From Opitutales bacterium (GTDB lineage: Bacteria > Verrucomicrobiota > Verrucomicrobiia > Opitutales > JABSRG01): 64,000 bases of DNA. The DNA lies in NCBI GenBank assembly GCA_049599475.1, contig JBMYOQ010000004.1, positions 64,001 to 128,000 on the forward strand, in the 5' to 3' direction. Shown here piece by piece: positions 1-9,762 of this stretch (positions are counted from its first letter, which is position 1; each line of letters opens with the position of its first letter). Both the position numbers and the translations under genes were made by a program. Below the pieces are notes generated by a model. The model searched no databases, was not told the origin of the DNA, and saw nothing but the letters and a program-made list of their open reading frames with translations.

Positions 1-2
1 CT

Positions 3-218
3 ATCCTGATTGCTGTGACTGCTGAAAATTCTGTGGTTTACGGCGGTGAGGAGGTAAGTGTCTTGGGCGTTCGCGGACTTGTTGACCGCTTGAAGCAACC
101 AGACACTCCAGTGATTCTTCAGGTTGACCAAGCATCGGATGCAAGTGTCGTGGCTCGAGTGATCGAACAAGCGGCCAATACGGGCTCACAGGTATTCGTG
201 GCAACTTCAACAGACTAA
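3..218 (+). CDS. exbD: ExbD/TolR family protein, 5'-truncated by window edge
   Basis: C-terminal ExbD-like periplasmic domain (PVILQVDQASDASVVARVIEQA); frame open back to window start; directly upstream of a second exbD and tonB. Confidence 0.7.
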   Translation: MLIAVTAENSVVYGGEEVSVLGVRGLVDRLKQPDTPVILQVDQASDASVVARVIEQAANTGSQVFVATSTD

Positions 219-224
219 TCTCGG

Positions 225-626
225 ATGAAAAAGAAAAGCTTTAGCAAATCTCAGAAGGGGGACGAGGTCGATATCTCTCCATTGATTGATATGGTCTTCA
301 TCCTTTTGATTTTCTTTATTGTCACGACGGTGTTCATTGATGAACGCGGTTTTGAAACACCTGGTTCGAGTAACGCTCCAGACCAGCCGGATGAACCTAC
401 AGAGCCAGTCATTTTCCGTATCACACGTGATGGAAATATCATGTTCGAAGATGCTCAGGTATCCATCGGAGCTATCCGACGAACCATTATTAATCGAAGC
501 CAGCGAGAAGCTGTTCCAGTGATTGTGGAAGTCGAGAAGGGATCACGCTCGGGTTTGGCTCTACGAGTTTACGACGAGGCGCTTATTGCAGGTGCAGATT
601 CTCCAACCCTTAAAATTGCAGAGTAA
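225..626 (+). CDS. exbD: Biopolymer transport protein ExbD
   Basis: VDISPLIDMVFILLIFFIVTT transmembrane motif with the conserved Asp. Confidence 0.92.
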   Translation: MKKKSFSKSQKGDEVDISPLIDMVFILLIFFIVTTVFIDERGFETPGSSNAPDQPDEPTEPVIFRITRDGNIMFEDAQVSIGAIRRTIINRSQREAVPVIVEVEKGSRSGLALRVYDEALIAGADSPTLKIAE

Positions 627-1279
627 TGACTACAAACACCTACCGTTTATCGACTCTCAATAAATCTCCCCTCCCGATAATCGTCGGAGGGCTGGTCTCC
701 GCGTCATTATTTTTCTTGCTCCCACTCACACAGTATTTTGCAGGAGGGAGTAACGACGATAATGATGTACGTAAGGTAGCCGTAACGCCGCCACCGCCAC
801 CTGTTGAATTTGAAGAACCGCCACCAATCGAGGAGCCTCCACCTGAGGTCCAGGTTGAGCAGCTTGAAACGCCACCACCAGAGATAAGCCTTTCTGCTAT
901 TGGCGCATCGCTTGCAGTGAATGCAGGGGCTGGAGGCATTTCTGTGGGCCTTGATGATTTCAACACTAAAGTAAACGCAGCCGATGAGATGATATTCTCT
1001 TTGGCCGAATTGGATAGGGTGCCTCGACGTCTTTCGGGTCGAAAGCCGGAGTATCCCTATGAGCTCAGAAGAAATAAAATTGAGGGCCACGTTCGCCTTG
1101 AAGTCCTGATTGACGAACAAGGTCGTGTAGAAGTTTTAGGCGTTTTAGAATCTACTCATCGCGAATTCGAGCGCCCGGCTATCGAGTCCGCAGAATCTTG
1201 TATCTTTGAAAAACCGATGAAAGACGGGAAAGCGGTGAAGACGAAATTCATTTTCCCATTCCCATTCACTATCAATTAA
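626..1279 (+). CDS. tonB: Energy transducer TonB
   Basis: N-terminal TM, Pro/Glu-rich linker, C-terminal PEYPYELRRNKIEGHVRLEVLIDEQGRV TonB-C motif; start overlaps exbD stop (TAATG). Confidence 0.92.
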   Translation: MTTNTYRLSTLNKSPLPIIVGGLVSASLFFLLPLTQYFAGGSNDDNDVRKVAVTPPPPPVEFEEPPPIEEPPPEVQVEQLETPPPEISLSAIGASLAVNAGAGGISVGLDDFNTKVNAADEMIFSLAELDRVPRRLSGRKPEYPYELRRNKIEGHVRLEVLIDEQGRVEVLGVLESTHREFERPAIESAESCIFEKPMKDGKAVKTKFIFPFPFTIN

Positions 1280-1312
1280 CAAATTTTAAGAACCCGGAAA
1301 TCATTTCCCAGT

Positions 1313-2689
1313 ATGAAACACACAATATTGATTCTATTAGCCGCGCTCACCAGCGCCTCTTACTCTTACGGGCAGAATACTTTTGGGCTGACCCAAAATT
1401 ATTGGTCTAGCAAGGGGTTCTTGGATCGCTTGATGGGCTCATATGGATTCTCAGGCGAAATTGAGCCGTCAATCAGTGAAGAAGAGGCGGCATTGTTTCG
1501 CGATCAAATCGTCCCTATGATGCAGGCAGGGCAGGTGGATTCTGCGATCCAAACGCTCGCTACCGCCTTGACTCCAGAATCGAGTGCTCAGTTGGATTTT
1601 AATTTGGGAAATTTATTTTTCCAAAGAGAGAATTTCCCGAGGGCACTACAGTATTACAACCAGGCTGTAGGAAAATTCGAAAACTTCCTCCGGGTGTATC
1701 GAAACATGGGTTTTGTTCATGTTCGGAGCGAGCAGTTCGACGAAGCGGTTGTCTCTCTGCTTAAAGTTATTGAATTGGGAGAAGGCGATGGTGACACCTA
1801 CGGTCTCCTCGCTTTTTGCTACATGAATCGAGAGCAATACGGGGCTGCTGAATCTGCTTATCGCAACGCAATTCTTTTAGATCCTAATTCCGTAGATTGG
1901 CGCAACGGGCTCATTCAGTGTCTTGTTCAAGCAGGACGAAGCGACGAGGCCATCATCTTGCTTGAGGATGCTATACTTGCTGATCCAAAGGAAGCGGCCT
2001 ATTGGCAGCTGCAAACCGACGCTTTTGTATCAACTCGTCAATACGACCGCGCAATTGGTAACTTGGAGATGTTGAAGCGGTTAGGCTTGTCGGATGCTGT
2101 CACGATGAAACTTCTTGGCGAACTCTACATGCGCGAGAGATTACCTGAATCTGCCTTAGGAGCATTTAAGCTAGCGCTTGAGGCAGAATCGAAGCTGTCG
2201 ACTGAAGACTATGTGAGAATTGCTCAGACTTTTCTCGTGCAAGGAAATTACGATGAGACTGAGTCATTTGTAGAGCAAATGGAGTCAACTGTAGACCTCA
2301 GTAGCACTGAGAAAATCGAAATTCTTAACCTCAAGAGTAAGCTCTACCTGAATACTGGCAGAACTGACGAAGCGGCAAAGATCCTTCAGCAACTCATTGA
2401 CCGTGACCCCAACAACGGAGAAGCGCTAATTTTGCTCGCAGAGTATAATGCAGATAAGGAACAGTTCGAGAAAGCGGGCTTTTTATATGAGAGAGCAACT
2501 AAAGTGGACGATTACGCCGCTGAAGCATATCTTGATTATGCTCAGATGCGTGTAACGCAGAAGCAATACGCTAAAGCTGTGCCTCTACTCCGCTCTTACT
2601 TACGGTTAAAGCCATCAAATCGGGTTGAACGTTACCTGGAATCAGTAGAGCGAGCGGCGGCTCAGGCGGCAGCAAATGAGAATATCTGA
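1313..2689 (+). CDS. Secreted tetratricopeptide-repeat protein (TonB system accessory)
   Basis: Signal peptide; many TPR-like repeats (FNLGNLFFQRENFPRALQYYNQAV...); follows tonB. Confidence 0.85.
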   Translation: MKHTILILLAALTSASYSYGQNTFGLTQNYWSSKGFLDRLMGSYGFSGEIEPSISEEEAALFRDQIVPMMQAGQVDSAIQTLATALTPESSAQLDFNLGNLFFQRENFPRALQYYNQAVGKFENFLRVYRNMGFVHVRSEQFDEAVVSLLKVIELGEGDGDTYGLLAFCYMNREQYGAAESAYRNAILLDPNSVDWRNGLIQCLVQAGRSDEAIILLEDAILADPKEAAYWQLQTDAFVSTRQYDRAIGNLEMLKRLGLSDAVTMKLLGELYMRERLPESALGAFKLALEAESKLSTEDYVRIAQTFLVQGNYDETESFVEQMESTVDLSSTEKIEILNLKSKLYLNTGRTDEAAKILQQLIDRDPNNGEALILLAEYNADKEQFEKAGFLYERATKVDDYAAEAYLDYAQMRVTQKQYAKAVPLLRSYLRLKPSNRVERYLESVERAAAQAAANENI

Positions 2690-2715
2690 GTAGGTCGCAC
2701 TAATTACTATTTTGG

Positions 2716-2751
2716 ATACCACACTTAGGATATTAAGTGTGGTATTTTTTT
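2716..2751 (+). terminator. Rho-independent terminator of the tonB cluster
   Basis: Perfect 12-bp stem ATACCACACTTA/TAAGTGTGGTAT, 6-nt loop, followed by a T run. Confidence 0.88.
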
Positions 2752-2843
2752 GTTGCTAAAGGACGTTTACTGAAAGTCAGCAATGTGTGCAGTTTTGTCC
2801 CGCTTTTTCTGGCAAAACAGGGAGGATCTGCTTTTTTCGAAGG

Positions 2844-4274
2844 ATGTCTGCATCTCTGCTGATAGTTGACGACGAAAAACACACGCGCGAGGGGCTTGGG
2901 CTTGCGCTCGAGGATAAATACGAAGTCTTTCTAGCGGGCAACGCTCAGGAAGCCTTTAACTTAATGGATTCCGAGGAGTTCGATGTCGTGTTGACGGATT
3001 TGCGAATGGCCGGCAAGAGCGGGCTTACGGTGATTGATCGATGCCTCAAAATGAGTCCGAGTCCGATCTGTATCATGATGACTGCCTATGGCTCTGTGGA
3101 TACGGCAGTTAAGGCTATGAAGCGAGGTGCTTTCGACTTCATGACTAAGCCGGTGAATCTAGAAAAGCTTGAGATTCTCGTTGCCCGAGCGCTCGAGTCG
3201 CGAAGCCTTAAGCAGGAAAATACCGAGCTGCATGAGCGCCTCGATAAAAAGTATCAATTCAGCGCAATAATTGGTAATTCCGATGCCTTGGGTCGGGTTA
3301 TTGATCGAGTGAAACAGGTGGCACCGACCAAGGCCACGGTACTGATCACGGGCGAAACAGGAACGGGTAAAGAGCTCATAGCCCAAGCCATTCACCAAAA
3401 TAGCGATCGCGCGCGTGCGCCATTTATCCCGGTAAACTGCGCAGCTTTGGCGGCCAATCTATTGGAGAGTGAATTGTTTGGACATGAGAAGGGAGCTTTC
3501 ACGGGGGCGTCTGAGAAACGGATAGGGCGGTTTGAAGCGGCCGACGGAGGTACCCTGTTTTTAGATGAAATTGGAGAAATCGACGCGTCGACGCAGGTGA
3601 AGCTCCTACGCTTTTTGGAGAGCAAGCAATTTGAACGCTTGGGAAGCTCGAAACCGATCGAAGTGGACGTACGTCTTGTATTCGCGACGAATCGAGATTT
3701 GGAAGAAATGGTCCGCAAGGGAGATTTCAGGGAGGACTTATATTACCGCCTAAATGTGGTTCCGATTCATTTGCCGCCATTGAGAGAGCGCAAGGACGAT
3801 CTCATTCTTTTGCTGAATCACTACGTTCGTTATTTCGCTGAAGAGAACCGCGTGAAACCCGCGCAGTTGTCCGAGGGCGCAATCCGAGTGCTTTCGGAAT
3901 ATCCGTGGCCGGGTAACATTCGAGAATTACGGAATTTCGCGGAAAATATCGTAGTACTTAAAGGCGGTCAGACTGTCCAAGAGTTCGATCTCGACGAGCG
4001 TTACCTGGGCAAAGGTTTGGTCATCCCTCGGCAGACATCTGTTTCAGATTCGGATTTTGATTCTCCGGGAACACTTCCGCATAGCTATGAAGGCCTTCAA
4101 GGGCGGTCGCAATCTACACCCTCACTCTCCAAGGAAGATAGCGAAAAGAGATTGTTGAGGAACGCGCTCGTGCAAGCAAAGGGGAACCGGACTAAGGCTG
4201 CGCAGTTAATGGGGATCAGCCGGAGGACTCTTCACCGGAAACTGGGACAGTGGCCGGAGTTAGATACAAAATAG
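2844..4274 (+). CDS. Sigma54-dependent response regulator (NtrC/AtoC family: REC-AAA+-Fis HTH)
   Basis: LIVDDE...TDLRM receiver, GETGTGKE Walker A, GAFTGA, LFLDEIGE, WPGNIREL, C-terminal HTH; ATG at 2844 preferred over ORF-track start 2787. Confidence 0.93.
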   Translation: MSASLLIVDDEKHTREGLGLALEDKYEVFLAGNAQEAFNLMDSEEFDVVLTDLRMAGKSGLTVIDRCLKMSPSPICIMMTAYGSVDTAVKAMKRGAFDFMTKPVNLEKLEILVARALESRSLKQENTELHERLDKKYQFSAIIGNSDALGRVIDRVKQVAPTKATVLITGETGTGKELIAQAIHQNSDRARAPFIPVNCAALAANLLESELFGHEKGAFTGASEKRIGRFEAADGGTLFLDEIGEIDASTQVKLLRFLESKQFERLGSSKPIEVDVRLVFATNRDLEEMVRKGDFREDLYYRLNVVPIHLPPLRERKDDLILLLNHYVRYFAEENRVKPAQLSEGAIRVLSEYPWPGNIRELRNFAENIVVLKGGQTVQEFDLDERYLGKGLVIPRQTSVSDSDFDSPGTLPHSYEGLQGRSQSTPSLSKEDSEKRLLRNALVQAKGNRTKAAQLMGISRRTLHRKLGQWPELDTK

Positions 4275-4308
4275 GGTTGAAGCGAATTAATTTAGGGTCG
4301 TTATTTCC

Positions 4309-5199
4309 ATGGTGCCTCAAAAAACTCAAGTGTACCCCCTTATTTGGTTTGTAATATCTGTTTTATCAACGGTGCCTGCGGCTGCGAATAGTATCGATTT
4401 GGTAGGTTCTGATTTTATGTGGCCGTGGATCGAGGACGCCTTGGGTCCGCTCGACGCGGCTAATGACTCCATTGACATCGCGTATTCCATGAAGGGCAGC
4501 TTCCCTGGGCTTACCGATATCAGATTAGACGATGCCAACCTCGGAATCATCGCAATTGCTCCCGGAGAATCGGTTCCGGAGCGGCCTTTGGTATCTATCC
4601 CGATAGGGTATCATGTGGCGTATATTTTGGTCCATAAATCGAACCAGTTGCGTGAAATTTCAAGCAATAGACTCGCCGGCATTTTTGGGGCAAACGAGGA
4701 GACGGATTATGGTCAATGGGGCCAATTGGGATTGCTTGAGTGGGAGGCCCGCACCATCAACCCGGCGATACATTCAGGGGAGAATTCTTTGGCAGATAGT
4801 ATTTTCAGATATACTGTTTTGCGCACGCCTGAGTTGAAGGGTGGGGTCGCGGAGCACCTCAACGCGGAAGAATTGGAAAGCTTTATCTCGAAAAACGAAA
4901 ACGTTATCGCGGTCTCCAGCCGTTCTCCAAACCCGAACGGTCAGGTCCGGGCTTTGCCGGTCGCTCTCGATATCGATTCACCTGGATATGTGCCGACTCC
5001 TGAGACTGTGCATTTTCGGGATTACCAAATGGTCCTACCTTACTATCTCGTGTTCCCGGAGTCTGAGCGCAGTGTGGTAGAGCCGATTGTCAGGTATTTG
5101 CTGAGTGACCGCTTCGCTTCTAGGTTGGAGCAAGAGGGATTCATGCCCCTGCCTCAAAGAGAACGTCAACGGCTTGGTATTACACTTGGTCGCCAGTAG
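4309..5199 (+). CDS. PstS-like periplasmic substrate-binding domain protein
   Basis: Signal peptide; IDLVGSD, MKGSFPGL and VHKSNQLREISSNRLAGIF resemble the PBP_like_2/PstS fold; ligand unknown. Confidence 0.65.
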   Translation: MVPQKTQVYPLIWFVISVLSTVPAAANSIDLVGSDFMWPWIEDALGPLDAANDSIDIAYSMKGSFPGLTDIRLDDANLGIIAIAPGESVPERPLVSIPIGYHVAYILVHKSNQLREISSNRLAGIFGANEETDYGQWGQLGLLEWEARTINPAIHSGENSLADSIFRYTVLRTPELKGGVAEHLNAEELESFISKNENVIAVSSRSPNPNGQVRALPVALDIDSPGYVPTPETVHFRDYQMVLPYYLVFPESERSVVEPIVRYLLSDRFASRLEQEGFMPLPQRERQRLGITLGRQ

Positions 5200-5246
5200 T
5201 GTTTGCCTTCGGGTTCCAAGAGGGATTCTAAACTGCAGGTAGATAG

Positions 5247-6194
5247 CTAAAAAAGAGCTTTTGCGGCTATCGTGCATTTTCGCCAAAAAGGGACAAATGC
5301 CCGGCCCGCGAAGGGATTGTTGTCTTGGAGCTGTATGGAATCGAGTATCCCTGCGTAGACCCGCGACATGATAAGCGCGCATTTCTGGGACCCGTCAGAC
5401 GGGATCGCCTTCAACCCCATTTCACCCCTTGTGTAAAATTCCTGGGCTCTGCTTATTTCGCGTGCCATGAGATCTTTCCAACGTGCATCGTGCTTCCGTT
5501 CGTCTAAATCCTGGTAGGATAAGGAAAATTCCTTCAGAAAATCGAGAGGTAGGTAGCAACGCTCTTTTCGCCAATCTTCATGGACATCACGCAGGATATT
5601 CGTGAGTTGCAGCGCGATGCCCATCTCTATGGCTTGGGGAAGTGCTTTATGGTCTTTTACTCCAAAAACACAGCACATGATGAGGCCTACAACACTGGCT
5701 ACATAGTAACAATAGAGCTCAAGCTCTTCGTAGGTCTGAAGCTTTTGAGGCTGCCTGTCCAAGCAGCAGCCATGGATTAAATCGTGCCAAAACGGAACCG
5801 GGATACCGAACTCATTGTGGGCTTTTTGGAGTGCGGGAGCGAAATCATGTGTGGATTCGCCCTTCAAAATTTCTGCCAATTCCTTTCTCAAAAAATCCTC
5901 GGTGGGGGCGAGATCTGCAACCGGGGCGTCGTCGATGATATCATCAATATATCGGCAATAGGCGTAGACTACAAAGGCTCCGAGTCGCTTGTATTTCGGA
6001 AGGGGGAAGGATGCAAAATAGAAGGACTTGGCGTGGTGCCGCGTCGTTTCGCGGCAAGCATCTAGAGAGACTTTTAAGTGAGCCGACTTCCACCAATCAG
6101 GGTCTGGATCTTTTAGGTTCCACACCTCGGGTATTTTTGAAGCGACGTCAGGAGTCATATAAGTCCCATACAGTTCCGGGTGCGGTGCGTCCAA
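5247..6194 (-). CDS. Phytoene/squalene synthase family protein (CrtB/HpnD-like)
   Basis: AKSFYFAS, YAYCRYIDDIIDD, YCYYVASVVG, ALQLTNILRDVHED motifs. Confidence 0.9.
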   Translation of the reverse strand: MDAPHPELYGTYMTPDVASKIPEVWNLKDPDPDWWKSAHLKVSLDACRETTRHHAKSFYFASFPLPKYKRLGAFVVYAYCRYIDDIIDDAPVADLAPTEDFLRKELAEILKGESTHDFAPALQKAHNEFGIPVPFWHDLIHGCCLDRQPQKLQTYEELELYCYYVASVVGLIMCCVFGVKDHKALPQAIEMGIALQLTNILRDVHEDWRKERCYLPLDFLKEFSLSYQDLDERKHDARWKDLMAREISRAQEFYTRGEMGLKAIPSDGSQKCALIMSRVYAGILDSIQLQDNNPFAGRAFVPFWRKCTIAAKALF

Positions 6195-6292
6195 GAAGAA
6201 ATTGATGAATCGTGACGATCTATAATTTTTGTATCTACGAGGAAAAAGAGACTGGTCATTTTACTGCATTCATAGAGTAGTTTATCACCCTT

Positions 6293-6655
6293 ATGAATCC
6301 TCTCAACCTACGCTTGCTTTGGAAAGGACTCACGGGCCGTAGCCTCGTGTTTTCGCTCCTGTTTGCGACTGCGGTTCTGGGGTATTCAGGAGCCGGGGCT
6401 ATCCGTGACATCTTCGGGGCGATTGGCGTGCCGTGGTGGTTGGTCTGGATTGTGCCATTTGTTTTGATAGGCGCGATTGCTAAACGAGAAGAGAAGTGGC
6501 TTCCCAATGAAAAATATCGGAAGTGGGTCAGCTACGGGATTGTGGCATTTTCGATAGGGTTTGGCTACTTGCTTTGGAGCATGGAACAGGATGCGAAGCA
6601 GTATGATCCGCCGAAGGAAATTAGGCGACCAAAGGGACGAGCGGGAGAGCGCTAA
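6293..6655 (+). CDS. Hypothetical membrane protein (about 3 TM)
   Basis: Hydrophobic helices; 2 bp from the downstream ClC gene. Confidence 0.7.
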   Translation: MNPLNLRLLWKGLTGRSLVFSLLFATAVLGYSGAGAIRDIFGAIGVPWWLVWIVPFVLIGAIAKREEKWLPNEKYRKWVSYGIVAFSIGFGYLLWSMEQDAKQYDPPKEIRRPKGRAGER

Positions 6656-6657
6656 AA

Positions 6658-8463
6658 ATGGCCAATGGATTAGTAAACAAATTTTCGCTGTGGCTCAGAG
6701 GTAGGTTCAGCGATGCTCAACGCTTTCTCATCCTCTGCATCGTTGCTGGTATTCTGTGTGGCTTGGTGGGAGTCGGTTTCCACTTTTCCATCGAATTCGT
6801 GTATCACCTCGTGTTCCACGTATCCGTTGATCCAGAGACGGGAGAGTATGCAACAATTCCTATTTGGGTCTTAGTCGCGGCGCCTACTTTTGGTGGATTA
6901 ATCGTCGGCCTCGTGCTCGATAAGCTAGCACCGCGGGCGGCGGGTTCGGGAATTCCGCAGACCAAGGAAGCCTACCATAATCACTTTGGGCTCATTCGGA
7001 TCCGAGATGGGATCTATCGCTTTATCGTGGGTTCGATTTCTGTAGGTATGGGAAACAGCTTAGGACGTGAGGGGCCGACGGTCCATATTTGCTCGGCGGT
7101 TGCGTCCAAGATAGGACAAGCGATGGGGCTTGCTAAGTCGCGTATCCAAGCGATGGTCCCAGTCGGAATGGGCGCGGGTATCGCTGCAGCCTTCAATACG
7201 CCATTGGCTGCGATCTTTTTCGTCTTCGAGGAACTCTTGGGCGACTTTTCGAGTAAAGCATTAGGTGGACTGGTTGTGGCAGTTGTCGTAGCCGCGACGG
7301 TGGAGCGGAGCATCCTTGGGGAGCATGCCGCATTGCAGGTCGATACCACTCAGTTTCTAACTGACACCTGGATGCTCATCAGCTTGCCAATGGGAATTGC
7401 TGCTGCGCTTCTGGGAACGCTGTTTGTTAAATCGATTCTTTCTCTGCGGCAGAAGTTTAAAGACAACGAAAACATTCCCCGGTGGCTACGTCCGGCCTTG
7501 GGAGGCTTGGGAGTCGGGGTGATTGGAGCTGGGGCTTACCTGATTTTGCAGCAACAGCATATTGGAGTCTTTGGAGTAGGGTATGCCGATCTGAATTCGG
7601 CGCTGGCAGGATCGCTCCCGTTTCTCGTTTTGTTCGTCCTGTTTATCGGAAAGTTCGGTGCTACCATTGTCTGCTATTCATCTGGGGCCAGTGGCGGTAT
7701 TTTCGCTCCTGTATTGTTCTTAGGAAGTATGCTTGGGGGAATGTTTGGAGTGCCTCTGGTATACGCATTTAATCTGGATACATCGATACTTGCGGCGTGT
7801 GCCCTTCTCGGGATGGGAGCATTCTTTGCGGCTGTCATACGGTGTCCGATGACCTCGATCCTGATCATCTTCGAGATGACGCGCAATTACTCGCTAATCC
7901 TGCCTTTGATGGCTGGAAATATTTTAGCCTATTTTATCGCACGAAGGCTTCAACCGATTCCCATCTACGATGCGCTCCTGATTCAGGACAATGTAAGCCT
8001 TAAAAAACTACCCACCTATCGTGGGGATAAGGATTGGAAAAATCTCCCGATTAGCACCATCACCACTTACGAGACAATACGTATCGCCTCTGACCTGACG
8101 GTTCGTGAGGCATTGGAGGGATTGAATGGGAAAAAGCATCACGCATATCCGGTGATGGTGTTTAATAAGGAAAGCAATCGTCGTGAGCTGCTTGCTATGG
8201 TGACTCACCATGAACTCATAGAGACCGAACGAATCAATCCTGAGAAGCGGGTAAGCTCTATTATTGAAGGACAAAAGGTCGTCTCAGTATACCCCAGAGC
8301 CTCGATACGAGACGTAGCGAATACACTGGTGGTCGAAGATAAAATGCAAGTTCCTGTTGTCTCAAAGACGGACCCTAAGCGACTGATCGGTATTGTGACG
8401 CTCCACGATATCGCGAGACAGCAGAATGCGATCGAGGATCGATTTCACGGACAAGAAAGCTGA
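6658..8463 (+). CDS. ClC family H+/Cl- antiporter with C-terminal CBS pair
   Basis: GSGIP, GREGP (gating Glu), FVFEE (proton Glu), GGIFAP; CBS-like C-terminus. Confidence 0.92.
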   Translation: MANGLVNKFSLWLRGRFSDAQRFLILCIVAGILCGLVGVGFHFSIEFVYHLVFHVSVDPETGEYATIPIWVLVAAPTFGGLIVGLVLDKLAPRAAGSGIPQTKEAYHNHFGLIRIRDGIYRFIVGSISVGMGNSLGREGPTVHICSAVASKIGQAMGLAKSRIQAMVPVGMGAGIAAAFNTPLAAIFFVFEELLGDFSSKALGGLVVAVVVAATVERSILGEHAALQVDTTQFLTDTWMLISLPMGIAAALLGTLFVKSILSLRQKFKDNENIPRWLRPALGGLGVGVIGAGAYLILQQQHIGVFGVGYADLNSALAGSLPFLVLFVLFIGKFGATIVCYSSGASGGIFAPVLFLGSMLGGMFGVPLVYAFNLDTSILAACALLGMGAFFAAVIRCPMTSILIIFEMTRNYSLILPLMAGNILAYFIARRLQPIPIYDALLIQDNVSLKKLPTYRGDKDWKNLPISTITTYETIRIASDLTVREALEGLNGKKHHAYPVMVFNKESNRRELLAMVTHHELIETERINPEKRVSSIIEGQKVVSVYPRASIRDVANTLVVEDKMQVPVVSKTDPKRLIGIVTLHDIARQQNAIEDRFHGQES

Positions 8464-8475
8464 GTCGGCTTTCTT
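8453..8475. terminator. Possible bidirectional terminator between convergent genes
   Basis: AAGAAAGC/GCTTTCTT 8-bp stem overlapping the ClC stop codon. Confidence 0.4.
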
Positions 8476-8496
8476 CAAACGAGGTGCCTAATCTGC

Positions 8497-9762
8497 CTAG
8501 CGGTTGATAAGCGGCAGTAGCTTGTCGGGCACGAAAGATAGGCGTAGGTGCGCTTGAGCCTTGGCTGTTGCGTCCACCACTAAGAGGGTTTCTTCCTCAG
8601 CGTCATTGCTCGTTTGATGGGTGGCAATTTTCAAGGCGCCGTCTGCCTCTACCCATTCTGGTTGACTCGAATCACTGTGTGTGATCCCGAATCGATTGAA
8701 TGCTAACTCCCCAGAATCGGTTTCGGACGGAAGCATTAGGTAGTCCTCAAACTGGCCCTGATTCAAATGTGCGTATTCGATCTGGTCAGAAATTTTAAGG
8801 AGCTCGATCAGGGAGTATGTTTGCTCTGAAGATAGCAGGGCTGCATCGTTTGTATTTAGATTCTCTGACCCGAACGCATGGATATTGAGAGCTCGATTTA
8901 TCTCAGTTGCGGAAATGAATAAGCCGCCTTCCCCAAGGCTTGAATCGGATTCTACATAGACAAAGGTAATGCCGCTTGGGCTGACATAGAGGTCTCCAGA
9001 TGCGTAATAGGAACTTTCAAAGAAATCAGCAGCGGCTTCATTCGAAGGCTTTAGAACCTGCAGGTCTGCGAAAAGTGGGGCTGCGGCTTGGAGTCTGCCT
9101 GCTGATAGAGCTGCGCTAGCACTCTGACTTAACTCATTGTAAAGGTCCATAAGCCCTCCCGTCGCTACTTCGCAGAGCTCACTTTGGGCCGTTACAAAGG
9201 TATCGAACTTTCGTGCCTTGAGTGACTTCTCAATGAAATTTTGTTGTTCGTTTAGTTTTGTGGACAGCGATGGATTATACCTCGCTAGAACGTGCCTTTT
9301 ATCCGAAGGCATCAGCATACTGTATTGACGCTCCAGGATGCCTCCCAACTGAAGGCCTAGCTTCTCGGCGGAAAGATCGTAGATACTTGTTGCGTTATAA
9401 AAATCGGATTGCTCGAGAGCGTTGAGGGCTTCGCGTCCTCGGGCGTCGATCTCGGAGAAATCAAGCTGGGCAGTCGTGATATTCGAGGTTGCCCAAGCGT
9501 ATAGATTGTTAAACTTGGTCTGAGCTTGGCTCGCTGTTTCAAGGTTGGACTTGAGGTAGGGATCTACTGGCTTTTTTGGGGCAGCAGCTTGTTTATCGAG
9601 AAAAAACAACGAAGCGCAACCAACGGCGATGACCACAAGGGCAACAGTTCGTAGGGCCTTTTTCGAACGGGGCGCGTTGGTGCCGAGATCCTCTATCTTG
9701 CCGGAGTCAACGGAGCTGGCCTCCATGCGGAAGAGGCCAATTTTTGTCTGTGTATTACTCAT
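8497..9762 (-). CDS. Membrane-anchored hypothetical protein; helical middle, degenerate FGE/SUMF1-like C-terminal domain
   Basis: One TM (VALVVIAVGCASLFFL); C-terminal SGITFVYV..FISATEI..NRFGITH..EWV..HLRL follows FGE-sulfatase motif order; ATGA overlap with upstream gene. Confidence 0.65.
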   Translation of the reverse strand: MSNTQTKIGLFRMEASSVDSGKIEDLGTNAPRSKKALRTVALVVIAVGCASLFFLDKQAAAPKKPVDPYLKSNLETASQAQTKFNNLYAWATSNITTAQLDFSEIDARGREALNALEQSDFYNATSIYDLSAEKLGLQLGGILERQYSMLMPSDKRHVLARYNPSLSTKLNEQQNFIEKSLKARKFDTFVTAQSELCEVATGGLMDLYNELSQSASAALSAGRLQAAAPLFADLQVLKPSNEAAADFFESSYYASGDLYVSPSGITFVYVESDSSLGEGGLFISATEINRALNIHAFGSENLNTNDAALLSSEQTYSLIELLKISDQIEYAHLNQGQFEDYLMLPSETDSGELAFNRFGITHSDSSQPEWVEADGALKIATHQTSNDAEEETLLVVDATAKAQAHLRLSFVPDKLLPLINR

